Shown one piece after another: positions 12,775-28,886 of a stretch of 64,000 nucleotides of DNA. Each line of letters opens with the position of its first letter. The stretch's first letter is position 1. The notes below the pieces were generated by a model that did no database searches, was not told the DNA's origin, and saw only the letters and a list, made by a program, of their open reading frames with translations. The position numbers were made by a program, and so were the translations under genes. Origin of the DNA: Macrostomum lignano (Eukaryota); NCBI GenBank assembly GCA_002269645.1, contig NIVC01001847.1, positions 81,963-145,962 of the forward strand, read 5' to 3'.

Positions 12775-13652
12775 CTCTCCTTCCGCCCCCTGACGGATTC
12801 TCCTTCCGCCCCTGACGGATTCTCCTTCCGCCCCCTGACGGATTCTCCTTCCGTCCCCTGACGGATTCTCCTTCCGCCCCCTGACGGATTCTCCTTCCGC
12901 CCCTATCGGATTCTCCTTCCGCCCCCTGACGGATTCTCCTTCCGCCCCTGACGGATTCTCCTTCCGCCCCCCATCGGATTCTCCTTCCGCCCCCTGACGG
13001 ATTCTCCTTCCGCCCCCTGACGGATTCTCCTTCCGCCCCCTGACGGATTCTCCTTCCGCCCCCTGACGGATTCTCCTTCCGCCCCCTGACGGATTCTCCT
13101 TCGCCCCTGACGGATTCTCCTTCCGCCCCCCATCGGATTCTCCTTCGCCCCTGACGGATTCTCCTTCCGCCCCCTGACGGATTCTCCTTCCGCCCCCTAT
13201 CGGATTCTCCTTCCGTCCCCTGACGGATTCTCCTTCCGCCCCCTGACGGATTCTCCTTCCGCCCCTGACGGATTCTCCTTCCGCCCCCCATCGGATTCTC
13301 CTTCCGTCCCCTGACGGATTCTCCTTCCGCCCCCTGACGGATTCTCCTTCCGCCCCCTATCGGATTCTCCTTCCGCCCCCTGACGGATTCTCCTTCCGCC
13401 CCCTGACGGATTCTCCTTCCGCCCCCCATCGGATTCTCCTTCCGCCCCCCATCGGATTCTCCTTCGCCCCTGACGGATTCTCCTTCCGCCCCCCATCGGA
13501 TTCTCCTTCGCCCCTGACGGATTCTCCTTCCGCCCCCTATCGGATTTTCCTTCCGCCCCCTGACGGATTCTCCTTCCGCCCCCTGACGGATTCTCCTTCC
13601 GCCCCCCTGACGGATTCTACTTCCGCCCCCTGACGGATTCTCCTTCCGCCCC
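12775..13652. repeat. ~23-bp minisatellite (gacggattctccttccgccccct)n just 3' of the nAChR stop
   Basis: Direct reading. Confidence 0.95.
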
Positions 13653-14084
13653 TCTTCTAATTTACAAAAACAATGCAGCTCTATAAGGTTCATTTATATG
13701 TCGAATATACACAGTCCATAAATGTTTAAACTATTTCAATGTAAATTTTTTCCATCCTTTTCCAATGCACTCCATAAATAGTTAGCTACTCGTAGTAGTT
13801 AATACTGAGAAGGCGCCCTTCTGTGCAATAATCTCACTCATGTTTACATTTTGTTACATCTATCAACAATTCAATTTCTTTATCAACTTTGTCGGTTAAT
13901 GCAAGAACTACCCAGTACAAATCAGTTATAAAATTATCAATGTTTATTAGCTAGTTGATTAACTTTAAGTAGTCATATCTTTCATTTTTACTCTTTTCTG
14001 ATGCTAGATATATGTTTCAGAAATCTTATCTTCTGTAATCTCATTAACCTAAAAGAGGCCCCACGGCATCCGATACTTTTATCC

Positions 14085-14732
14085 CGAAATCCGCCCCTAA
14101 TATTCAGAAATCCGCCCCTAAAATTCAGAAATCCGCCCCCCTATTATTCAGAAATCCCCCCTGTTTATCAGAAATCCGCCCCCCTATTATTCAGAAATCC
14201 CCCCTGTTTATCAGAAATCCGCCCCCCCTATTATTCAGAAATCCCCCCTGTTTATCAGAAATCCGCCCCCCTATTATTCAGAAATCCCCCCTGTTTATCA
14301 GAAATCCGCCCCCCTATTATTCAGAAATCCCCCCTGTTTATCAGAAATCCGCCCCCTATTTATCAGAAATCCGCCCCCCTATTATTCAGAAATCCCCCCT
14401 GTTTATCAGAAATCCGCCCCCCCCCCCCTATTATTCAGAAATCCCCCCTGTTTATCAGAAATCCGCCCCCCTATTATTCAGAAATCCCCCCTGTTTATCA
14501 GAAATCCGCCCCTAATATTCAGAAATCCGCCCCTAATATTCAGAAATCCGCCCCTAATATTCAGAAATCCGCCCCTAATATTCAGAAATCCGCCCCTAAT
14601 ATTCAGATATCTGCCCCTATACTCAGAAATCCGCCCCCTTTTATTCAGAAATCCTCCCCCTCTATTATTCAGAAATCCGCCCCCTATTTATCAGAAATCC
14701 GCCCCTCTGTTATTCAGAAATCCGCCCCCCCC
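14085..14732. repeat. Composite 21/~41-bp minisatellite built on cagaaatcc(g)cccc
   Basis: Direct reading. Confidence 0.92.
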
Positions 14733-14844
14733 TATTGCTCGTGATTTTTCGTGATAAAGACTACTGCATATTAGCTACAGTAGATAATTGACAATAGACA
14801 GTAGGGTAGACAGTGAAGTAGATAGTATTGGATTGGCACTGGAA

Positions 14845-15650
14845 AGACACTGGAGTAGACACTGGAGTAGACACTGGAGTAGACACTGGAGTAGACACTG
14901 GAGTAGACACTGGAGTAGACATTGGAGTAGACACTGGAGTAGACACTGGAGTACACATTAGAGTAGACACTGGAGTAGACATTGGAGTAGACACTGGAGT
15001 AGACACTGGAGTAGACACTGGAGTAGACATTGGAGTAGACACTGGAGTAGACATTGGAGTAGACATTAGAGTAGACACTGGAGTAGACACTGGAGTAGAC
15101 ATTGGAGTAGACACTGGAGTAGACATTGGAGTAGACACTGGAGTAGACATTGGAGTAGACACTGGAGTAGACACTGGAGTAGACATTAGAGTAGACACTG
15201 GAGTAGACACTGGAGTAGACACTGGAGTAGACATTGGAGTAGACACTGGAGTAGACATTGGAGTAGACACTGGAGTAGACATTGGAGTAGACACTGGAGT
15301 AGACACTGGAGTAGACATTAGAGTAGACACTGGAGTAGACACTGGAGTAGACACTGGAGTAGACATTAGAGTAGACACTGGAGTAGACACTGGAGTAGAC
15401 ATTGGAGTAGACACTGGAGTAGACACTGGAGTAGACACTGGAGTAGACACTGGAGTAGACACTGGAGTAGACACTGGAGTAGACACTGGAGTAGACACGG
15501 AGGTAGACAATGAGGTAGACACTGGAGTAGACACTGGGTAGACACTGGAGTAGACACTGGGTAGACAATGAGGTAGACACTGGAGTAGACACTGGGTAGA
15601 CAATGAGGTAGACACTGGAGTAGACACTGGGTAGACAATGAGGTAGACAT
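14845..15650. repeat. 12-bp minisatellite (gtagacactgga)n
   Basis: Direct reading. Confidence 0.95.
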
Positions 15651-15939
15651 TTGAATCAGGCGAGGTTGCCTGAATGGTAAAACTAGAAAAATTTTTACTT
15701 TCCTTTAGCTTACTAAGAGTAGTAAAATTCAGACCTTTTAGCTGAGGCAGTTTGTCGCTGTATTTATAAAGTCAAACTGGGTCTCGGCTGGGCCCAGCAG
15801 CAGGTCCAGCTGGTCACTGCAGGGCGTCAGATAAAGAGACATGAAACCCGACACATGGCTGGAAAGACGAAGCCGATAACAAAGAAAGTCGGGCCGACCA
15901 ATCAGGATATTAAACAGTTTATTTAAATTCAAGGCTACC

Positions 15940-16970
15940 TACAACCATCCACAACCATCAACAACCATCCACAGCCTCCCACAAACATCCACAATCATCC
16001 ACAACCATCCACAACCATCCTCAACCAATCCACAACCAATCCACAACCATCCACAACCATCCTCAACCAATCCAAAACCATCCACAACCATCCTCAACCA
16101 ATCCACAACCATCCACAACCATCCACAACCATCCTCAACCAATCCACAACCATCCACAACCATCCACAACCATCCACAACCATCCACAACCATCCACAGC
16201 CTCCCACAAACATCTACAATCATCCACAACCATCCACAGCCTCCCACAACCATCCACAACCATCCTCAAACAATCCACAACCATCTACAACCATCCTCGA
16301 CCAATTCACAACCATCCACAACCATCCACAACCATCCACAACCATCCACAGCCTCCCACAAACATCCACAACCATCCACAACCATCCACAACCATCCTCA
16401 ACCATCCACAACCAATCCACAACCATCCACAGCCTCCCACAACCATCCACAACCATCCTCAAACAATCCACAACCAATCCACAACCATCCTCGACCAATC
16501 CACAACCATTCACAACCAATCCACAACCATCCACAACCATCCACAACCATCCACAACCAATCCACAACCATCCACAATCATCCACAGCCTCCCAGAAACA
16601 TCCACAATCATCCACAACCATCCACAGCCTCCCACAAACATCCACAATCATCCACAACCATCCACAGCCTCCCACAAACATCCACAATCATCCACAACCA
16701 ATCCACAACCATCCACAGCCTCCCACAACCATCCACAGCCTCCCACAACCATCCACAACCAATCCACAACCAATCCACAACCATCCACAACCATCCACAG
16801 CCTCCCACACCCAATCCACAATCAATCCACAACCATCCACAACCATCCACAACCATCCACAACCATCCACAACCATCCACAACCATTCACAACCATCCAC
16901 AACCATTCACAACCATCCACAACCATTCACAACCATCCACAACCATCCACAACCATCCACAACCATCCAT
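15940..16970. repeat. 10-bp minisatellite (acaaccatcc)n
   Basis: Direct reading. Confidence 0.95.
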
Positions 16971-17484
16971 AAATATAAAACATCACCCGGAAGAGGACCA
17001 TATGCAAGCTGACAAAATCCCTCCAGCTCATACCTCCAGAGCCCGTGCATAAAAAGTTATTTGTATCAAATAAATTTGTCTATGAAATTTACCACAAGAA
17101 AGACAACACAAAAATAAAAAGATATTGACTTCATCGAGCAGAACTGTTTTTTCAACAGTGAATAAAGGACTGATGCAGAATAACAAAAGCAATTTGACTG
17201 ATGCTTACTATTTCAAGCTGAAATGTCAACAATGGCCTAAATTAAACTTCATTGCGTCTGAAGGAAAGTATATGTACAATGACAACAACAGAAATTCTAT
17301 TGAATACATAAATATTGTGTACTTACTCAGAATTAAATAGTTGCATGTACTTATCATCAATATAACTAAAGGTAATCATAAACTCAGCAAGTAGTATGTA
17401 GATTCTTAGTACGCTCGTACATGGATACCAACTCGTAATCACTCAGTGCTCTATCATTGAATTTGCTTCGAGGTATAGTACATA

Positions 17485-18030
17485 GATACAAAAGTACAAA
17501 GTGTCTTTTAATTACATTGACTGCAGGGTTTAGTACATCGATACAAAAGTACATAGTGTCCTTTAATCATAAACTGCAGGTTTAGTACATCGATACAAAA
17601 GTACACAGTGTCTTTTAGTTATAATATTGACTGCGGGTTTAGTACATCCATGCAAAGGTACATAGTGTCCTCTAATTATATTGACTGCAGGGTTCTGCAG
17701 GGTTTATTACATTGATACGAAAGTACATAGCGTCCTTTAATTATATTGTCTGCAGCGTTTAGCACATCGATACAAAAGTACATAGTGTCCTTTAATTATA
17801 TTGACTGCGGGATTTAGTACATCGATACGCTCGTACAAAGTACACAGTGTCCTTTAATTATTTTGTCTGTCTGCAAGGTTTAGTACATCGATACAAAAGT
17901 ACACAGTGTCCTTCAATTATATTGACTGCAGGGTTTAGTACATCAGTACTACGAGCCGTAAAGTAAACAGAGCCCTCCGATTGACTGTAGGGTTTAATAC
18001 ATCGATACAAAAGTACATAGTGTCCTATAA
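17485..18030. repeat. Degenerate ~55-60-bp tandem repeat (gcagggtttagtacatcgatacaaaagtacatagtgtcctttaattatattgact)
   Basis: About 9 diverged copies downstream of the homeobox stop. Confidence 0.88.
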
Positions 18031-18104
18031 AATTGACAAGTCTCTTAGCTCGTAGAAGTCAGTATCATGCTAAAGCTAAAAAGCATTCAACTTTTCTTCA
18101 ACAA

Positions 18105-21273
<3,169 letters not shown>

Positions 21274-21278
21274 GCTCA

Positions 21279-21400
21279 GATTGATAGATTGATAGATTGA
21301 TAGATTGATAGATTGATAGATTGATAGATTGATAGATTGATAGATTGATAGATTGATAGATTGATTGATTGATTGATAGATTGATAGAGGAATTGATAGA
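21279..21400. repeat. (agattgat)n / GATA-type microsatellite immediately 5' of the Nedx ATG
   Basis: Direct reading. Confidence 0.92.
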
Positions 21401-21729
21401 TCTTAGATATCGCCGCTGATATTTTATCAATCCAGAATTTGCTTTTTCTGCTTTTTTTCAGTCTCATTTTAAGCAACCCCATCAGCCAGCTCTCATAACT
21501 CTGCCTGTGGTTTCTCGTCATTGGCTGCGATTTTCCGGCCACATCCTCAAAGCAAGATTTAGTTAGGATTTAGCGTTCGATGCTAAGATTTGGATGACAT
21601 AGAGGTTCTATCAGTTGAAAAAAATCGAATTTGGTATTACTATTAATAATAGGAAATTTACGATTATTAATTTCTTGAAACTGCAGTATCCGATGAGCAT
21701 TGCAACTTCTCTTATTGTCGTCAAACAAT

Positions 21730-22545
21730 AGATCACACGCTGACCAACATTTCCTGTTTTCTTAGAAAACATCAAATAGATCACACGCTGACTAACATTT
21801 CCAGCTTTCCTAGAAAATGTTAAATAGGTCACACGCTGATAAAAATTTCAGGTTTCTTAGAAAATATTAAATAGGTCACACGCTGATAAAAATTTCAGGT
21901 TTCTTAGAAAATATTAAATAGGGAAAACGCTGATAAAAATTTCAGGTTTCTTAGAAAATATTAAATAGGGAAAACGCTGATAAAAATTTCAGGTTTCTTA
22001 GAAAATATTAAATAGGGAAAACGCTGATAAAAATTTCAGGTTTCTTAGAAAATATTAAATAGGGAAAACGCTGATAAAAATTTCAGGTTTCTTAGAAAAT
22101 ATTAAATAGGGAAAACGCTGATAAAAATTTCAGGTTTCTTAGAAAATATTAAATAGGGAAAACGCTGATAAAAATTTCAGGTTTCTTAGAAAATATTAAA
22201 TAGGGAAAACGCTGATAAAAATTTCAGGTTTCTTAGAAAATATTAAATAGGGAAAACGCTGATAAAAATTTCAGGTTTCTTAGAAAATATTAAATAGGGA
22301 AAACGCTGATAAAAATTTCAGGTTTCTTAGAAAATATTAAATAGGGAAAACGCTGATAAAAATTTCAGGTTTCTTAGAAAATATTAAATAGGGAAAACGC
22401 TGATAAAAATTTCAGGTTTCTTAGAAAATATTAAATAGGGAAAACGCTGATAAAAATTTCAGTTTTCTTAGAAAATGTTAAAAAGATCACACGCTGACAA
22501 ACATTTCTAGTTTTCTTAGAAAATGTTAAATAGGTCACACGCTGG
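21730..22545. repeat. 47-bp AT-rich minisatellite (gctgataaaaatttcaggtttcttagaaaatattaaatagggaaaac)n
   Basis: Period 47; homogeneous core with degenerate flanking units. Confidence 0.95.
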
Positions 22546-23387
22546 CCAGCTTCTTAGAAAACCTTCGAAATCACTTTTTTGAGTCTCAAAGCTGCAGACC
22601 CGAATCGTGCTCGGCTCTCAACCTTGTGCTCAAATTTCTTCTTTGCCTCCTTAGCCTGAGTCTTCTTGCACCTTCCTCTTAACAACTCGTTTCCCGGCAG
22701 CTGGCGAATTCCCAAAACTCGACCGCATTTAAGGGGATATCAGGTTGGTTGGCCGATTGGCCACGCTCGGTTTGCCTTGGGTCGGGACAGCCAGCCGCAT
22801 GCTGGGAGATTGTTTTCAGTTTATCTGTCAATTAGGGGTCTCCAGACCGTCTTCATCTCGATTGCACCTGCCTGTGTCATCAAAATACTAATCAAAATTA
22901 TTCTCCTTGGGGGAAAATTCAATAACCCAGCGCCCCCTCCCAATCGCCCAACAAACAGCCTTGCGATTCTCTCTGATTTGTTTGTTGAAGAAATCGGAGA
23001 CACCGGAGATTCGGGATGAGGAACTGATGAAGTTTGAAGAAGCAGCGACTGAGAGTTGCGGCCCCGCATCAAAGTGCCGGATTGGGGGAAATTTATATCA
23101 ATATAATAGGATAATAATTGATTTATCTAACTCTCATAGCGCCTTCATCAGGAATTTCAGTTCCGTGATGATGGAACCATGCTGATTACAGATCATATAT
23201 TTTCCTGAGCTTCATCTTCTGCGGTTTCTCAGCCTTCTGCCCGCCAAGGGCTGCAGCAAGATGGATCGAAATTTTCAATTATGCCATTCAATTGATCACT
23301 GCAGGGACTCAGTTCTGCTGCAGCAGCTTCTCCGAGTTTTGATTCGTTTAAGAAGCGGCAGCGATAAGGATGAGGCTGATAGTGAAC

Positions 23388-23752
23388 CTGAGACAGAATC
23401 TGAGACACAATCTGAGACACAATCTGAGACACAATCTGAGACACAATCTGAGACACAATCTGAGACACAATCTGAGACACAATCTGAGACACAATCTGAG
23501 ACACAATCTGAGACACAATCTGAGACACAATCTGAGACACAATCTGAGACACAATCTGAGACACAATCTGAGACACAATCTGAGACACAATCTGAGACAC
23601 AATCTGAGACACAATCTGAGACACAATCTGAGACAGAATTTGAATCTGAGACAGAATCAAATTGAATCTGAGACACAATCTGAGACACAATCTGAGACAC
23701 AATCTGAGACACAATTTGAATCTGAGACAGAATCAAATTGAATCTGAGACAG
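23388..23752. repeat. 12-bp minisatellite (tctgagacacaa)n
   Basis: Direct reading. Confidence 0.95.
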
Positions 23753-24324
23753 CTGCTTGAGCTGAAGACAGATCTCTAGAATGCAGACAGCCATGCCACA
23801 AAGTTTAGCAAGAATTGAACTCTTCCTGAGCAGTTGTGTTTGCTCAAAAATTAGTCAGTCTCAATCACCGCTCACTCCTCTCGTCCCCCCCCACCAAGAT
23901 CCTCATTTAAGCTGAAGCTGAGTCAATGAACAGCCATTACTCGAACACGAGGCAACCTCCATCGCCTTAATCAGTCTTTGAGGCGATTAAAAAAGCACTC
24001 AAGCAAAGCTCATTTTCAACAAGTTAAATCACTTAAACTGAATATTCAGTGCAGCAGCTGTTTTATCGAGCTCTCCCCAGTTCACTGATTTTATTTCGCC
24101 ATTTGTAGCCCCGTGACAGCTTTCAGATTTCGATACCCCCTTAGGGCGAGCGAGCGCGTGAGACATCAGGCCTGCCAGTTCAAATACCCCCCGAGGGATT
24201 AACGAGTAGCTCCCATATTTAGGGGATCATCTGCACAGTGGCGCCTCAAAAACAGCAGCCTCTCAGCACCTGGCCCGGTTTGCGGACTGCTACAAAATCC
24301 CCTGACTCTGCCTTTTTGTCTGCC

Positions 24325-24998
24325 CTGTCTCTCCCTATCTCTCCCTTCCTCTCTCCCTTCCTCTCTCCCTTTTTCTCTCCTTTCCTCTCTCCCTTCCTCT
24401 CTCCCTTCCTCTCTCCCTTCCTCTCTCCCTTCCTCTCTCCCTTCCTCTCTCCCTTCCTCTCTCCCTTTATCTCTCCCTTCCTCTCTCCCTTTATCTCTCC
24501 ATTCATCTCTCCCTTCCTCTCTCCCTTTATCTCTCCCTTCCTCTCTCCCTTCCTCTCTCCCTTCCTCTCTCCCTTCCTCTCTCCCTTCCTCTCTCCCTTT
24601 ATCTCTCCCTTCCTCTATCCCTTCCTGTCTCCCTTTATCTCTCCCTTCCTCTCTCCCTTCCTCTCTCCCTTTATCTCTCCCTTCCTCTCTCCCTTCCTCT
24701 CTCCCTTTATCTCTCCCTTCCTCTCTCCCTTCCTCTCTCCCTTTATATCTCCATTCCTCTCTCCCTTTATCTCTCTATTCATCTCTCCCTTTTCTCTCCA
24801 TTCATCTCTTCCTTTATCTCTCCATTCCTCTCTCCCTTCCTCTCTCCATTCCTCTCTCCCTTTATCTCTCCATTCATCTCTTCCTTTATCTCTCCATTCC
24901 TCTCTCCCTTTATCTCTCCATTCATCTCTCCTTTTATCTCTCCATTCCTCTCTCCCTTCCTCTCTCCCTTCCTCTCTCCCTTCCTCTCTCCCTTCCTC
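24325..24998. repeat. 12-bp pyrimidine minisatellite (cttcctctctcc)n
   Basis: Direct reading. Confidence 0.95.
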
Positions 24999-25636
24999 AG
25001 TTTTCTGCCACATCTCCAAGCATCGCATTTCGCGAATCTGTTTAAACACAACTTCCCAATCATGATCTGATGCCATTAATCAGGTTTAAAAAAACCATTA
25101 GAATTCCCTCGCAGACCGCGTACAGAGAGTCTGCTTGAATGCTAAACATTCACTAAGAAGTTTTTAAAGGCCTGTGCGTCCCATCCGCAATCGATTATTC
25201 AATATCCATGTCGTGCTTGCAATGAGCCAGACAGGAATTCTTCCCCACTAATAGAAAAAAGTGTTTTCCATCGTATTTTGCTTTGGCGCGTCTTGAACTG
25301 CTCACACTGTCTCCCGTTTCCTGGAAAACACTTTTTCCAATGGCTGATTGCCTGCTTTTTTAAGTAGCCAAAATGCTTTGCAAAATCTGTGTGCTATCTT
25401 TCCTGGCTCGCTTCTCATAGTGCGAGTGTAAAAATCTTTAAAAACACGTTTACTTCAATTTTCAAGCAGCAGCTATTGCTCTGCTTTTACGTAGCTGCTT
25501 TTGCTTTCCCTCAATTTCCAAAAAATCTTTCCCATTATTTTGCTTCGCTTGCTCGAATCTCGCTTCTCTGTCCAGCGTTACAGCATTTCATTTTCGTATG
25601 CGAAATTCGTGTTTTCCAAACAAAACCGTTAAGAAA

Positions 25637-25880
25637 GGATTAGAGTGGATTGCTAATCTAGCCAACGTCATGGATTAAGGATTAGGGTGGATTGCTAATC
25701 TAGCCAACGTCATGGATTAAGGATTAGAGTGGATTGCTTATCTAGCCAACGTCATGGTTTAAGGATTAGAGTGGATTGCTAATCTAGCCAACGTCATGGA
25801 TTAAGGATTAGGGTGGATTGCTAATCTAGCCAACGTCATTGATTAAGGATTAGAATGGATTGCTAATCTAGCCAGCATCA
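25637..25880. repeat. 42-bp minisatellite (ggattagagtggattgctaatctagccaacgtcatggattaa)n
   Basis: About 5.5 copies. Confidence 0.93.
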
Positions 25881-25998
25881 CTGATGAAGGAATAGAATGG
25901 ACGCGTAATGAATGTAGCATTACAGAATCGAAAACTTTAATACAAACGCAGAGATTTAAAGCCTTTAAAAACTCCAATCAAGTCAACTAAATTTCAGA

Positions 25999-28543
25999 TT
26001 AAGCTTCTTCTATCTCTCGACTATCTTTTAGTTTCGCAGTTGCAACCAACTCTGACGCTTCTTCTACAAGTTTCTTCTGTCTGTCTTCGATCTGCTTCAG
26101 GGCGGTCAGCTTCTCCCTGATGAGGCGCCTCAGCCTCAGAGCTCGTCTGGCCAGTTCCACTCGCTCGGCAACATTCTCGAACCGAACTCGCAGCACCATC
26201 CGCTGGTGGCAGCTGCGAATTCGGTCCTCAATTAGACGATGCTCGACTGCTTCCACAGAGAAATTGTTCACCGAGATGAGCACGTGACCTGGGAGCAGCC
26301 CCGCCTGCGGGATAATGACGGATTTGAGGATTTCAGCTTCAATCAAAGTCTACTTTAAGCTGTCTCGAAGGTCTACTTTCAGTTTCCCTGAAGCTCTAGT
26401 TTCAGCTTCCCTGAAGGTCTAGTTTCAGTTTCCTGAAGGTCTAGGTTCAGTTTTCCTGAAGGTCTAGGTTCAGTTTCCTGAAGGTCTAGTTTCAGCTTCC
26501 CTGAAGGTCTAGTTTCAGTTTCCTGAAGGTCTAGGTTCAGTTTTCCTGAAGGTCTAGTTTCAGTTTCCTGAAGGTCTAGTTTCAGTTTCGCTGATGGTCT
26601 AGTTTCAGTTTCCTGAAGGTCTAGTTTCAGTTTCCTGAAGGTCTAGTTTCAGTTTCGCTGATGGTCTAGTTTCAGTTTCCTGAAGGTCTAGTTTCAGTTT
26701 CCCTGAAGGTCTAGTTTCAGTTTCCCTGAAGGTCTAGTTTCAGTTTCCTGAAGGTCTAGTTTCAGTTTCCTGAAGGTGTAGTTTCAGTTTCCTGAAGGTC
26801 TAGGTTCACTTTCCTGAAGGTATAGGTTCAGTTTCCTGAAGGTGTAGTTTCAGTTTCCTGAAGGTCTAGTTTCAGTTTCGCTGATGGTCTAGTTTCAGTT
26901 TCCTGAAGGTCTAGTTTCAGTTTCCTGAAGGTCTAGTTTCAGTTTCGCTGATGGTCTAGTTTCAGTTTCCCTGAAGGTCTAGTTTCAGTTTCCCTGAAGG
27001 TCTAGTTTCAGTTTCCTGAAGGTCTAGTTTCAGTTTCCTGAAGGTGTAGTTTCAGTTTCCTGAAGGTCTAGGTTCACTTTCCTGAAGGTATAGGTTCAGT
27101 TTCCTGAAGGTCTAGTTTCAGTTTCCTGAAGGTCTAGTTTCAGTTTCGCTGATGGTCTAGTTTCAGTTTCCTGAAGGTGTAGTTTCAGTTTTCCTGAAGG
27201 TCTAGTTTCAGTTTCCTGAAGGTCTAGGTTCAATTTTCCTGAAGGTCTAGTTTCAGTTTCCCTGAAGGTCTAGTTTCAGTTTCCCTGAAGGTCTAGTTTC
27301 AGTTTCCTGAAGGTCTAGTTTCAGTTTCCTGAAGGTGTAGTTTCAGTTTCCTGAAGGTCTAGGTTCACTTTCCTGAAGGTATAGGTTCAGTTTCCTGAAG
27401 GTGTAGTTTCAGTTTCCTGAAGGTGTAGTTTCAGTTTCCTGAAGGTCTAGTTTCAGTTTCCAGAAGGTCTAGTTTCAGTTTCCTGAAGGTCTAGTTTCAG
27501 TTTCCTGAAGGTCTAGTTTCAGTTTCCTGAAGGTCTAGTTTCAGTTTCCTGAAGGTCTAGTTTCAGTTCCTTAAGGTCTAGGCTCAGTTTCCTGAAGGTC
27601 TAGGTTCAGTTTCCGGAAGGTCTAGTTTCAGTTTCCTGAAGGTCTAGTTTCAGTTCCTTAAGGTCTAGGCTCAGTTTCCTGAAGGTCTAGGTTCAGTTTC
27701 CGGAAGGTCTAGGTTCAGTTTCCTGAAGGTCTAGTTTCAGTTTCCTGAAGGTCTAGTTTCAGTTTCCTGAAGGTCTAGATTCAGCTCTGTTGTGTATTGA
27801 ACGCGTGGGTTTTATGCGAGTGAGAAAAAGAACTGTGGAGTCTCGACTGACTTCGCTGCTTTATATTTGTTAGTAAGTGAACCGTGCACGTTGGGTGTAT
27901 AACACCTGGCCGATTGGCTAAATGTTACGCAATGCTTGAGTTGAATACAATATTTTTGAAACATAAATACGATGCAACTGAAGTACTCAATAATAGTACT
28001 TAGTACTCACGCCACAACAAGCTCCCCTGAAGGTCTAGTTTTAGTTACCCTGAAGTTCCAATTTCAGCTCCCCTGAAGTTCCAATTTCCAGATCCCCTGA
28101 AGTTCCAATTTCAGCTCCCCTGAAGTTCCAATTTCCAGATCCCCTGAAGTTTCTATTTCCAGAGCCCCTGAAGTTCCAATTGCCAGAGCCCCTGAAGTTC
28201 CAATTTCCAGAGCCCCTGAAGTTCCAATTTCCAGAGCCCCTGAAGTTCCAATTTCCAGAGCCCCTGAAGTTCCAATTTCCAGAGCCCCTACCTGCCAAGC
28301 GGGGCTGCCATCCTCCACGTAGTCCACATACGACAGGCTCTCACAGCGACCCCGGACAGTCAGGATTCGAAAGGTCCGAATTGCAAATCCGTAGGACTTC
28401 CGACCGCCTGCTGGCCGCTCGATAACCAGCTCCTTGACCCGACTGTTGGCTTGTTGATCTTGCCGTCCGCTCTGATCTGAGCTGCTTGAACCCAGCGATA
28501 TGCTGTCGTTGGCTTGACCACCTGTTAAACTATTCGAAGACAT
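25999..28543 (-). CDS. GRASP: PDZ + leucine-rich coiled-coil scaffold of the GRASP/Tamalin/CYTIP (cytohesin-binding) family, spliced
   Basis: Exon 28543-28292 (...KELVIERPAGGRKSYGFAIRTF...SYVDYVEDGSPAWQ, donor gtaggg) joins in phase 0 to exon 26304-25999 (AGLLPGHVLISVNNFSVEAVEHRLIEDRIRSC...VELARRALRLRRLIREK...). The PDZ followed by an EL..R...L+..L.EK helix matches Tamalin/CYTIP architecture. The true 5' and 3' ends may include further exons. Confidence 0.75.
26385..27782. repeat. 21-22-bp minisatellite (ctgaaggtctagtttcagtttc)n in the PDZ-gene intron
   Basis: Direct reading. Confidence 0.95.
28022..28290. repeat. 24-bp minisatellite (cccctgaagttccaatttccagag)n abutting the splice donor
   Basis: Direct reading. 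Confidence 0.95.
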
Positions 28544-28886
28544 TGTTTCCAGGTGTTCACCAGTCTGAGAATTTGAGTGCCTTATGCCGAGAAGGGCTAG
28601 AATTTATGCTGGGTGCGCACGGAGAGACAGGGGTTGGCCTGTCAGATAAGACTCGATACACACAGCCAGCAGTTTTTTTAATAGCATGCATGACTTTTGT
28701 GAGGCCACGCACGGTGTTAAAATAGCTATAGGTAACTGGAGAGAGAGAAGTCTGTGAGCTTTGCAGATCTTGTAGCCAGATGTAATGTAGGCAAGTAGGT
28801 GACTGTTGGTTTGGATAGACAAGAGTAAATCAAAGGTATTCCTTTCCTTATTTCGGAGATTTTCGGCTGTTTTAACTGTAGTTGAG

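Noticed and set aside
23261-23741. ORF with (SETQ)n and possible exons around 22900-23390
   Set aside because: Dominated by a 12-bp array; no consistent splice structure or recognisable domain could be built.
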